The notes beneath the pieces were generated by a model, which saw nothing but the letters and a program-made list of their open reading frames with translations, did not search any database and was not told where the DNA came from. Of a DNA stretch of 64,000 nucleotides, positions 43,204 to 52,016 are shown piece after piece (within the stretch, counting starts at the first letter, position 1; the number at the start of each line of letters is the position of its first letter). The stretch comes from Candidatus Marinacidobacterales bacterium (lineage in GTDB: Bacteria; Acidobacteriota; Vicinamibacteria; Marinacidobacterales; DATDRI01), in contig CBDCNP010000002.1 of the NCBI GenBank assembly GCA_965219415.1, forward strand, positions 3,584,001-3,648,000. Reading direction: 5' to 3'. Position numbers and translations under genes: made by a program.

Positions 43204-43349
43204 AGACCTTGCGAGGTCAAACCAAACTCGCTTCCGGCCGTGCTGCCAACCGAGTCGGAATTGCCACCGCTACTGCGGAGGCCAGAAGATCCATTAGTTC
43301 CATTGACCCCTAGTGCCAGAAACTCTCCACGTGTACGTATGGTACAAGT

Positions 43350-44540
43350 ATGAACAGTCAGCGCACCGCTGAATCCAGCACCGCCGGCCTACTCGAGCTG
43401 GGCCCACAGGGTGGCGGTCATTTGAGGGTGGTCCAGCATAACTTCCTGCCTCGGCCCGAGGATGTGCATGTCTCCTCACGCCTGATCCAGCAGTACGAGC
43501 TCCGGGAGGGACAGTTTTTGACCGGACCGACTGCCCGCGGAAGGCCACCTCGTCGAAACAACCGCCGAGGTGGAGGAGGCAGTCGGGGCGGAGGAGGAGG
43601 CTCAGCGTTGGAGCTCACCGACGTCGAGACCATCAACGGTCTCGCGCCGGACGCGCTCCCACCCTATCGGAACTACCCCGATCTCGTAAGTGAGCACCCT
43701 AGCCAGACCTTGAGGCTCTCCGAAGGTGGCAAGGACGAGCCCCTCTCGCTTCGGGTCATCGACTTGATGACTCCGATCGGCAGAGGACAGCGCGGGCTCA
43801 TTGTGGCCGCTCCCAAGACCGGCAAGACCATCTTGCTCGAACAGATCGGAAGCGCGATCGCGGAACGCCATCCAGACGTACATCTCATCGTCCTGCTCAT
43901 CGACGAGAGACCGGAGGAAGTCACCCACATGCGGCGAACCGTCAACGGAGAAGTCGTCGCTTCGTCCGCCGACAGCAACGCCGCTTCCCATATTCGCGTT
44001 GCCAAGCTCGTCTTGGAGCGGGCGCGACGCCTGGTGGAGATGGGTCGGGATGTGGTCATTCTGCTCGACTCGATTACCCGGTTGGGTCGTGCCGCCAATC
44101 GTCAACAGCGGGGCCGGGGCAAGACGATGTCCGGCGGTATCGACTCTCGGGCGCTCGAGTTCCCTAGACAATTCTTCGGAGCGGCGCGTAACATCGAAGA
44201 CGGCGGCAGCCTGACGATCCTCGGAACCGCCCTGGTCGATACCGGAAGCCAAATGGACGAAGTGATTTTTCAGGAGTTCAAGGGCACCGGAAACATGGAG
44301 CTGGTACTCGATCGTAGGCTGGCCGAATCACGCGTCTTTCCAGCGATCGACATTTCGCGCTCCGGTACGCGCCGCGAGGAAATACTTCTCAGTGAAGAGG
44401 AGCTTCCGAAAGTCCACCTGCTGCGGCGGGCGCTGGCGGGTCTGAAACCGCCGGAGGCGATGAATCTACTTCTCACCCGCATGAAGAAGACGCCTTCCAA
44501 CAAGGCGCTGCTCGACGGGATCAAAGTAGGCGCTCAGTAA
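43350..44540 (+). CDS. rho: Transcription termination factor Rho (short N-terminus)
   Basis: [63 protein letters not shown]. Confidence 0.95.
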   Translation: MNSQRTAESSTAGLLELGPQGGGHLRVVQHNFLPRPEDVHVSSRLIQQYELREGQFLTGPTARGRPPRRNNRRGGGGSRGGGGGSALELTDVETINGLAPDALPPYRNYPDLVSEHPSQTLRLSEGGKDEPLSLRVIDLMTPIGRGQRGLIVAAPKTGKTILLEQIGSAIAERHPDVHLIVLLIDERPEEVTHMRRTVNGEVVASSADSNAASHIRVAKLVLERARRLVEMGRDVVILLDSITRLGRAANRQQRGRGKTMSGGIDSRALEFPRQFFGAARNIEDGGSLTILGTALVDTGSQMDEVIFQEFKGTGNMELVLDRRLAESRVFPAIDISRSGTRREEILLSEEELPKVHLLRRALAGLKPPEAMNLLLTRMKKTPSNKALLDGIKVGAQ

Positions 44541-45232
44541 GACTGAAGCTGCAAAATCGTCTCGGGCGCGACCCCTTCGTCATCGTGCTTGGCGTACAGG
44601 TAGAGGCCTTCCACTTGCCCCAAAATGCCTCTAATCTGCTGCTGCACTAACCCGATTTCCTCGTCCGTGTAGGGTGGCACTTTCCGCAGCCGCACGTAGC
44701 CGTGTGGGGCGGTCGGCTTAAAGTTCGCCTCTTCGCCGATCTCGGCATCGGCCACGCAGAGTGCCACACCGGCATCCCGCAGCAGATCCACCACCGCCGG
44801 CTCGTTCCAAGATTCGTGACGAAACTCGATGGCGTATTTGTACCCGGAAGGAAGCTCTTTCAAGAAGCTCTCCAAGCGATCAATCTTCGCCTTGAAGTAA
44901 GGCGGGAGCTGAAACAAGATGACGCCGAGCCGGGGCCCGAGCGGCGAGGCCGCTGCAAGGAAGTCCTCCACCGAATCCCCTACGCTCTTGAGCCGCGCCC
45001 CGTGCGTCACACTCTGATGCATCTTCAGCGAGAAAATAAACGACTCGGGAGTCTTCTCCGCCCAAGAAGTGAGAAGCTTGGTGGTAGGGAATCGCCGGAA
45101 GGTGTGATTGATCTCGACGCTATTCAAGCGCGAAGCGTAAAAGGCCAGGTATTCGTTGGCCGGCGTCTTGGGCGGATAGAAATTACCCACCCACTCGCGA
45201 AAACTGTATCCGGATGTGCCGGCGTATAGCAT
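44534..45232 (-). CDS. DUF72 family protein
   Basis: GTSGYS..EW.G.FYP, VEIN.TF, LFQLPP, AIEFRHESW, YVRLR. Confidence 0.9.
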   Translation of the reverse strand: MLYAGTSGYSFREWVGNFYPPKTPANEYLAFYASRLNSVEINHTFRRFPTTKLLTSWAEKTPESFIFSLKMHQSVTHGARLKSVGDSVEDFLAAASPLGPRLGVILFQLPPYFKAKIDRLESFLKELPSGYKYAIEFRHESWNEPAVVDLLRDAGVALCVADAEIGEEANFKPTAPHGYVRLRKVPPYTDEEIGLVQQQIRGILGQVEGLYLYAKHDDEGVAPETILQLQSY

Positions 45233-45296
45233 GCTTCCCGCAATCTACTGCAGACTTCGCCCTTGTGTAAATGTCCCGCCGTCGCCCACCGTGTCG

Positions 45297-46071
45297 TCAC
45301 TTGGCTATGGCGGGCCCGCCGAAGCCATTAGTCGAAGTCGAATCGAGCGGAGGCGGGCGAAGCGTGCACACTGCGAGAAAGTAACGCGGCTCTCCGGAAA
45401 CGTCCGCGAGTCGGGTGGGTGTGGGTCCATCCGCCTCGTCGTAGAGTCGGCCCGCCCACCCGCCCCGCAGCACCTTGGCCCAGGCACGAGCCATGGCGTA
45501 GACGGGTAGCCACAGCCAAAGACGAGATACAAACCTCTGGCCCCATAGCTCCTTGATCTCGAACCACTCGGCCAACGCTAGCTCCGAGCTCGGCGAGTCG
45601 ATACTCGTGTGCGTGGTAGGGGTTCGCCGGACGACCGGTGAGCGGCCACCACGGGGAAGACACTTTGCGGTTGGGTGTCGAGACGATGAACGTCCCCCGG
45701 TCGGCGAGCACGCGTGCTACTTCTCGAAGGAGAGCGCGCGGCTCCGTCACGTGCTCGAGGGTCTCGAAGCAAACAACGCTCCCGAAGGCTCCACTCTCGA
45801 AGGGAAGTGACTCGGCGCGGGATCTGACGTAGTTGACCCTGGGGTGAGGGTATCGAGTACGGGCAGTCGATAGCGCGTCGAGAGAGAGATCCACGCCGAC
45901 GATCGATCGGTTTCCCGTCTCGGCCAAAATGGTCGCACCGTAACCGGTCCCGCAGGCAACGTCCAGAACCGGGCTGACTAACGATCGGCTCGACGCCGCG
46001 CGATAGCGAGCCAAGTGCTCGGCTACGATGTGCCCTGGAGTCTCTCCTGGGAGAACCCGGTCACAAGCCAT
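45297..46071 (-). pseudogene. Class I SAM-dependent methyltransferase, frameshifted near 45585
   Basis: EHLARY, VLDVACGTGYG, FETLEHV, STPN, NPYH..EY; natural continuation (EWFEIKELWGQ...) lies in frame 45297-45575. Confidence 0.75.
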
Positions 46072-46765
46072 CCCGCACCCAGCGAAAGCCGAAGTCCGAA
46101 TAGTGGAGCAGTGGCGGTAGGCTGCTTCGGGCGGCGCACCGCGTCACGACCACTTGGTGTCGCCAGGAACCGCCCCTCGCTGACCGGCGAAGCGTGTCGC
46201 GGGCGGCGCACGGGTTTTCTACCGGAGAGTCCACGTAATAAGTCGCATGGTAGCCATCGAGGCACCACTCGTGCACGTTGTCCGCCATGTTGAAAAGCCC
46301 GTAGCCATTCGGAGGCGTCGTCGCCACGTCGTCAGGGCCCTCGAGCGGACCGCGCAGAGGAGAATGCCCGCCGCCCGCGGGATCATTCCCCCACGGGAAC
46401 CGTAGGCCATCGAGACCACCGCGGGCCGCCTTTTCCCTTTCGGCTTCGGTGGGGAGTCGCATGGCGAGACCGGTTTCTCGCGATATCCACCGACAATAGG
46501 CGACCGCTTGTGGCCAATTCACACCGACCACCGGTTGCCGGGCTCGCGAGAAGGCGGGGTCGTCCCACGACGGCGGCGGCTCGACGCCGGTTGCTTCCAA
46601 GTAGAGCCCGTACTCGGCTCGCGTAACTGGGGTGGGCGCGATCTCGAAGCCGGAGATGAAAACGCGGTGGACCGGCTCTTCGTCTCCTCGCACCCCTTCT
46701 GACCCCATCATGAAGGCTCCCTCGGGAACGAGGATGGCCTGCGCCACGGATTCGATGCGGGTCAC
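46061..46765 (-). CDS. Formylglycine-generating enzyme (SUMF1/FGE-sulfatase) domain protein
   Basis: F.MGS, PVV.VNW..A.AYC.W, RLPTEAE.EKAARGG, PNGYGLFNM..NV.EW, RGGSW, GFR. Confidence 0.9.
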   Translation of the reverse strand: MTRIESVAQAILVPEGAFMMGSEGVRGDEEPVHRVFISGFEIAPTPVTRAEYGLYLEATGVEPPPSWDDPAFSRARQPVVGVNWPQAVAYCRWISRETGLAMRLPTEAEREKAARGGLDGLRFPWGNDPAGGGHSPLRGPLEGPDDVATTPPNGYGLFNMADNVHEWCLDGYHATYYVDSPVENPCAARDTLRRSARGGSWRHQVVVTRCAARSSLPPLLHYSDFGFRWVRDGL

Positions 46766-46896
46766 GGAAACGAGTTTAGAAGATCCTGGATCCTCTGGTC
46801 GAACCCCAAAAAGCCGGCGGCAGTTCGAGCGACAACAGACACCGGGGCTTTCGGAGGAGGCAATTTTCGCCTCCCCTTATTTTTTGATGTCGGGCT

Positions 46897-47334
46897 CTAG
46901 TTCTTGAAGAGATTATGGAACGCGGCTCGCGCGTCCTGAGTCGTGTCCGCACGCTTCCCGGTTGCGTCCAGTACCTGTGCGGGTTTGTAAAGCGCGCAGT
47001 CGTTGGCGACCCCTTTGTTGGCGATACGCGCCTCGATGGGTTCCCGGCATTCCCACCGTGCCCCGGGATCGAAGTGTTTGCAATGGCGACAAGAACGCAG
47101 CGGCGTTTGGCACTTCGTGCAAACCGTCTCCTTGTTGACGTTCAGCAACTCCGCAGGTACCTGATTACCGCAGCGGCTACACCGAACGACTAGGGTAACG
47201 TTGCGGTCGACGGCGTGACGCAGCGAGCGTACCTGCTCCCGATTGCCCAGGTCGGTTTTGGGCTCTCGGCGACGGGACTGCTTGTGATCCTCTTCGTATT
47301 CGTCGTCCCGGTAACCTCTCTGACGGTACCTCAT
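46897..47334 (-). CDS. Hypothetical Zn-binding protein (multiple CxxC)
   Basis: AAGGAG RBS; YRQRGY, CSRC, CTKC, CRHC.HFD, NDC, ARAAF.NLFK. Confidence 0.75.
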   Translation of the reverse strand: MRYRQRGYRDDEYEEDHKQSRRREPKTDLGNREQVRSLRHAVDRNVTLVVRCSRCGNQVPAELLNVNKETVCTKCQTPLRSCRHCKHFDPGARWECREPIEARIANKGVANDCALYKPAQVLDATGKRADTTQDARAAFHNLFKN

Positions 47335-47571
47335 CTAACTTCTCCTTGACCCCTCGAGAAATTGTTCTCGAATCCACGCGATTAGGCAGGCAATAGGGGA
47401 CAGCTGTCCGCGCTAACCGGGGTACCTTACATCGGCAGGGGAATGCAGGTTCCAAGAATCGGCAACGCAGAAGTGTGAGCCACCTCTTCCTGGAACAACA
47501 GAAGCATATCACGTTCCACAGACGGGATCCAAATGTCCAGGCCTACCCCGAACGTCGGTCCCCGTTCAACC

Positions 47572-48747
47572 CTAGGCAGTAAGCGCTTGCTCGATATCCG
47601 CAACCAAGTCGGCGGTGTCCTCGATACCAAGGGCAAGCCGCACCATACTGTCCTCTATCCCCGACTGCTGGCGCTCCTGCGGGGAGAGCATGGCGTGGGA
47701 GGTCAAGCAGGGAATCGAAACCAGCGACTCCACGCCTCCCAAGCTGGGTGCAATGTGAAAAAGCTTCAGGGCATTCACGAATCGCTTCGCGGCATCGAGA
47801 CTGCCGTTCAGCTCGAGGCTCACGACACCTCCACCCCCGCGCATCTGCCGCCCCGCGAGCTCGTGCTGAGGATGGCTCTCAAGCAGCGGGTAGAATACTC
47901 GTCTCACACGGGCATGGCCCTCGAAGGCCCGGGCCACCGCCATGGCCGATCGGTTGTGCTGCCCCACGCGCACGCCGAGGGTCTTGATACCTCTCAGCAA
48001 GAGATAAGCGGCATGGGGATCCATGATCCCCCCCAAGACCTTCAGAAACGATTTCACGTTTTCTACAACGTCCTTGGACGCGACCAGGGCGCCCCCCAGA
48101 AGATCGGAGTGACCGCCAAAATACTTGGTCGTGGAATGAAGGACTCCGTCTATCCCATAGTCACCGGGTTGGGTATTGAACGGAGTGGCGAATGTGCTGT
48201 CGATGAAGGTCTTCACGCCCCGCGAGCGCGCGATCTCGGCAACGCCCCCGAGATCTACTAGCCTTAACGTCGGATTAGTCGGTGACTCCACGTAGATAAC
48301 GCGCGTGTTGTCGCGAAGAGCACTCCTAAAACCAGCGGTATCGGTGCAATCCACCCAGCTCACCTCGACCCCGGACCGCGGTAACAACTCCCGCGCGAAA
48401 CGAAACGTACCACCGTAGACTTCCCGCTGGAAAATGGCGTGATCACCCTGGCCAAGGAAAGAGAGCAGTGTCGTGGTGATCGCGCTCATACCGGAGCCGA
48501 AAACCAACGCCGCCTCGGCTCCCTCGAGCCCGGCAAGCGCTCGCTCTGCCGCAGACAATGTCGGGTTCCCGTAGCGAGTGTAGAACATGTCCCCATCCGC
48601 CTCGACGGCGATTTGCTGGTCGACATTGGCTGCCTCGAACGTCGCCGAAAGGTAGATGGGCGAAGTCACTGGTCGGTTCGCCTTCTCCGCGTGGAGCTCC
48701 GAGTGAACGGCGCGGGTCGATAGGTCGAGCTCGCTCTTCTTCATCAT
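47572..48747 (-). CDS. Cys/Met metabolism PLP enzyme (cystathionine gamma-synthase/lyase or methionine gamma-lyase family)
   Basis: YTRYGNPT, SGMSAI, ESPTNP, DSTFATP, HSTTKYFGGHSD, SLGGVESL. Confidence 0.93.
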   Translation of the reverse strand: MMKKSELDLSTRAVHSELHAEKANRPVTSPIYLSATFEAANVDQQIAVEADGDMFYTRYGNPTLSAAERALAGLEGAEAALVFGSGMSAITTTLLSFLGQGDHAIFQREVYGGTFRFARELLPRSGVEVSWVDCTDTAGFRSALRDNTRVIYVESPTNPTLRLVDLGGVAEIARSRGVKTFIDSTFATPFNTQPGDYGIDGVLHSTTKYFGGHSDLLGGALVASKDVVENVKSFLKVLGGIMDPHAAYLLLRGIKTLGVRVGQHNRSAMAVARAFEGHARVRRVFYPLLESHPQHELAGRQMRGGGGVVSLELNGSLDAAKRFVNALKLFHIAPSLGGVESLVSIPCLTSHAMLSPQERQQSGIEDSMVRLALGIEDTADLVADIEQALTA

Positions 48748-49598
48748 TTCCTCCGCTTGGATGGGCTTCTGGTTTTCGCTCGGCTGGCCGACCTTCTCGG
48801 CTGGCAACGAGCGCAGTAATAAGTTGACCGGCCCGCCTGCACGATTCTCCTGACCGAGGCGCCACACCGGGAGCAAGGTTCCCCGGCGTGGCCATAGATA
48901 AGGAAGTGATTCTCGGAATCCACCTCGGGCAGATACTTCATCTCGTTGGATCTCCCACGCCGCACCGCCTGCTTGAGCGTTGTACGTATGGAACGGTGCA
49001 ATCTGGAGTGCTCTTCGTCAGTCAGCTGACCCGCCATCCGCACCGGGTGGATACCGGCATGAAAGAGGGCCTCGGCTGCTTGAATGTTCCCCAAACCGGC
49101 AATCCGATGCTGATCCATCAGGAACGTCTTGATCGGCAATCGAGCCGCTTCGAGAAGCTCGGAGAACCGGCGCGCCGTGAACCCCCGGTCGAGAGCGTCA
49201 ATTCCGAGCCGGGCGAGGGTCTCGCGGACCCTCCCGTCGACGATCTGAAATCGTCCGAAACGACGGTAATCACTAAAAACCACGCGGCGGCCCAAACCAA
49301 CCTCGAGCACCACACAAGTCGCGGGTGGGTCGGGCTCCCGCCGGGCACGGACAACGAACTTCCCGCTCATGCCCAGGTGAGCGACGGCACCCCCCCTCTC
49401 CCCCAGATCCCAGATCAAGTACTTCCCGCGACGATGGATACCCCGAAGACGCGCGCCTGAGAATACGCGCTCGACCCGCCGGACGCTTTGGCCTCGAAGC
49501 ACGCGACGGTCCTCGACACGTGCCCGGGCGATGATGCGGTTCCCGAGCCACCGCTCCAAGTTCTCTCGCGCGATCTCGACTTCAGGAAGCTCAGGCAT
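48744..49598 (-). CDS. mutM: Formamidopyrimidine-DNA glycosylase
   Basis: MPELPEVE, RRGKYL, HLGMSG, D.RRFG, AGLGNI.A.EALF, CSRC...YCARCQ. Confidence 0.93.
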   Translation of the reverse strand: MPELPEVEIARENLERWLGNRIIARARVEDRRVLRGQSVRRVERVFSGARLRGIHRRGKYLIWDLGERGGAVAHLGMSGKFVVRARREPDPPATCVVLEVGLGRRVVFSDYRRFGRFQIVDGRVRETLARLGIDALDRGFTARRFSELLEAARLPIKTFLMDQHRIAGLGNIQAAEALFHAGIHPVRMAGQLTDEEHSRLHRSIRTTLKQAVRRGRSNEMKYLPEVDSENHFLIYGHAGEPCSRCGASVRRIVQAGRSTYYCARCQPRRSASRAKTRSPSKRRK

Positions 49599-50115
49599 GC
49601 TCTCGCTTCAAACGCCGGGCCAGCTTCTGCCAGTGACGTAACATCTCGGGATACGTGTAGTGAGCGTTGCGGCCGCTCGGGTTTGGTAGCACGAAGATAT
49701 CCGCACCCTCGATGCGGTCCTTTTGTAGACCGCAGTGGATCGGGCCTCGTAGGCCTTGGAACTCGCGATAGACGGTCACCCCGACGAACCCCACCGAGGA
49801 GGGTCGAAGACGGCATATCTTCCTCGCCAGTTTGCGGCGCCCTTCTGAGAAATCCTCCTTGTTCAAGTCACCGCTTCCGCGCGTTGGGCGGTCGACGATG
49901 TTCGTCAACCCGACGCCAAAATCGAGCAGAATCACATCCTCTTCACAGGAAAGTCGCCGTGGGGTAATCCCTGAGTCATGGAGCAGTTTCCAGAACTGAT
50001 TCCCTGGCCCTGCGAAATGATGGCCGAGCTCCGCTGAGCGAAGCCCGGGGTTGATTCCCACCAAGAGCACCTTGAGGCCCGGACGGAGATAGTCGGGAAG
50101 TCCCTCGCGCAACAT
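49591..50115 (-). CDS. mug: Mismatch-specific uracil/thymine DNA glycosylase
   Basis: VGINPGLRS...GHHFA.PGN.FW, GLTNIV.RPT, LPNPSGRNAH. Confidence 0.92.
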   Translation of the reverse strand: MLREGLPDYLRPGLKVLLVGINPGLRSAELGHHFAGPGNQFWKLLHDSGITPRRLSCEEDVILLDFGVGLTNIVDRPTRGSGDLNKEDFSEGRRKLARKICRLRPSSVGFVGVTVYREFQGLRGPIHCGLQKDRIEGADIFVLPNPSGRNAHYTYPEMLRHWQKLARRLKREHA

Positions 50116-50185
50116 GAAGAATCCCATTATATTCTCGAAGGGACCGCGCTACGGTCTACCACAACTTTGCAGAGGAGGCGACACG

Positions 50186-50596
50186 ATGGCCAACAAGTGG
50201 CTGTTCAAGGAAGAGCCCACCCACTACAACTTCTCCGAGTTCCGCAAAGACGGAAAGACGGTTTGGGAGGGTGTCAAGAACCCCGTTGCCCAGAAGTACT
50301 TGAGACAAGTCAAGAAGGGGGATCGGGTCTTCTATTACCACACGGGGAAGGAAAAAGCGGTGGTGGGAATAGCGCGAGCCACCTCGAGCGCCTACCTAGA
50401 CCCAAAGAAAAAAGACGGGAAGACCGTGGTGGTCGACCTGGTACCGGTCAAGGCACTCCCCCAGCCGGTCACCTTGGCATCCGTCAAGGCCTTGGCTAAA
50501 TTCAAGGGTTTCGCGCTGGTCAGGCTGCCTCGTCTATCGGTGATGCCGGTGACCGAGGGGCAGTGGAAGGCCATTGAGTCGATGGCCAAGAAATAG
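50186..50596 (+). CDS. EVE domain protein
   Basis: WLFKEEP, WEGVKN..A, GD..FYYHTG, L.RLPRLSVMPV...W; GAGGAGG RBS. Confidence 0.92.
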   Translation: MANKWLFKEEPTHYNFSEFRKDGKTVWEGVKNPVAQKYLRQVKKGDRVFYYHTGKEKAVVGIARATSSAYLDPKKKDGKTVVVDLVPVKALPQPVTLASVKALAKFKGFALVRLPRLSVMPVTEGQWKAIESMAKK

Positions 50597-50660
50597 TTCA
50601 TCCATCACGGAACCTTCGGCAACCCGCATCCGTATACTTATTTAAAGAAGGAGGTGTACG

Positions 50661-50795
50661 ATGCGTTGTCCCAGATGTCGTTCTCGTGTGAGGGGCGGCG
50701 GCTACACGGCCGTCGGAAAAACCTATTGCTGCAGAAATTGCGCGCGCAAGGCCTCTTGCCTGTGCCGCAACAAAGAAATAGCGAAAACCGCCTAA
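50661..50795 (+). CDS. 44-aa Cys-rich microprotein (metallothionein/TRASH-like), absent from the ORF track
   Basis: AAGGAGGT RBS 5 nt before ATG; MRCPRCRSRVRGGGYTAVGKTYCCRNCARKASCLCRNKEIAKTA*; TATACT at 50633-50638. Confidence 0.75.
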   Translation: MRCPRCRSRVRGGGYTAVGKTYCCRNCARKASCLCRNKEIAKTA

Positions 50796-50799
50796 GCTG

Positions 50800-51229
50800 T
50801 CACTTTTCAGAAGGTACGATTCGGGCCACCCGGGAAAGCGGGTGGCCTTTCGCATTTATCTCGAGCGTATTGAAACCAACCGAACGGAATTCTGGAAACG
50901 CTCAGCCCGCCCTGGCCGAGCGCTTCTCCCAAGGACTGCATCGCTCGGACAGCGGTTTTGGGACGAGACAGCTCCCCGAACAGGTGCGCGAAGGGATTGA
51001 GGATAACCCGTTCGACCTTGAGCTGGGAAGCGAGCTTGGCTATCTCCTGACACGCCGCCTGAACCGTACCCTCCAAATCCTCCTCGTCTCGCTTTTCGAC
51101 ACTGGCCAGCACAAGAATCGCCTCGTCGGTTTCGACGACTCTGCTCTCGGGCTCCTCGAATACCGGTGAGCGCCCTCGCTCGGTCATCTCCGAGCGAAAG
51201 GAGTTGACGTGAATCAGCAGGAGTCGCAT
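50800..51229 (-). pseudogene. Stand-alone archaeal-type ThrRS editing domain, frameshifted near 50874
   Basis: MRLLLIH, VEK.DE, PFAHL, PFGW; removing one T restores the canonical FNTLEINAKGHPLSRVAR ending. Confidence 0.8.
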
Positions 51230-52016
51230 GCGAGGCAGCATAGGGAGCGCCCGCGCCAAGATGTCAAGATGCCGCTTTCCGGCGTGACCGCGCCTTGAAC
51301 TAGAATAGGGCCCGGTGAGAAGACTCCGGGCGAGAGCCCGACGATAGCCTGACAGAGATAGACCAAGCGAGGAGGAGCTCATGATTCGCTCGGCACTGGT
51401 TTTCGTGTTGTTGTTGGCTGTGATCTTGGGTGGTCTCTACGTCCTCCTTTTTCAACCCCAACAAAAAGCCCTCAAGGGTGCAGAGCGCGATGCCAGCCTA
51501 AGAGCTCAGGAAGGGGCCAACCTGCGAGCCCGGGTCAACGACCTGGAAAACATGTTGAGTGATCTCCGACAGACCAGTACGGAGCTCGAGGCCTCGGTCG
51601 AAGAAAGGGAGCAAGAATTGGCCGCGATGGTCGCTACCCAAGACGAGCTACTCGGCGAGCTCGAACAGGAGAGCGCAGACGGCCAGATTCACATCCAGCG
51701 TCTGCAGGGCATGCTCCGGGTAGATATGGTGGACGAGATCTTGTTCGACTCGGGTGAAGCGACGGTCAAGCGGGCAGGTCAGGAAATTCTGGCTCGCATC
51801 GGGGAAGTTTTGAAGAAGGCAGAGGACCGCCAAGTCGTCGTGCAGGGTCACACCGACAACGTCCAAATCGTCGGGAGGCTCGCGGACCGTTTTCCGACCA
51901 ACTGGGAGTTATCCGCCGCACGGGCGGTCAACGTGGCGCGATTTCTCCAGGAAGCAGTCGGGATGGATCCATCGCGATTGGGCGCCGCCGGCTTTTCCGA
52001 GTACCGTCCCCGCGCC

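Noticed and set aside
47427-47507. Short ORF MLLLFQEEVAHTSALPILGTCIPLPM as a leader or RiPP precursor
   Set aside because: No RBS, the ATG overlaps the likely -10 box, and no modifying enzymes are adjacent.
50654-51169. 171-aa plus-strand ORF in the track
   Set aside because: It is antisense to the ThrRS-editing gene, and the RBS spacing fits the 44-aa Cys-rich ORF at 50661 instead.
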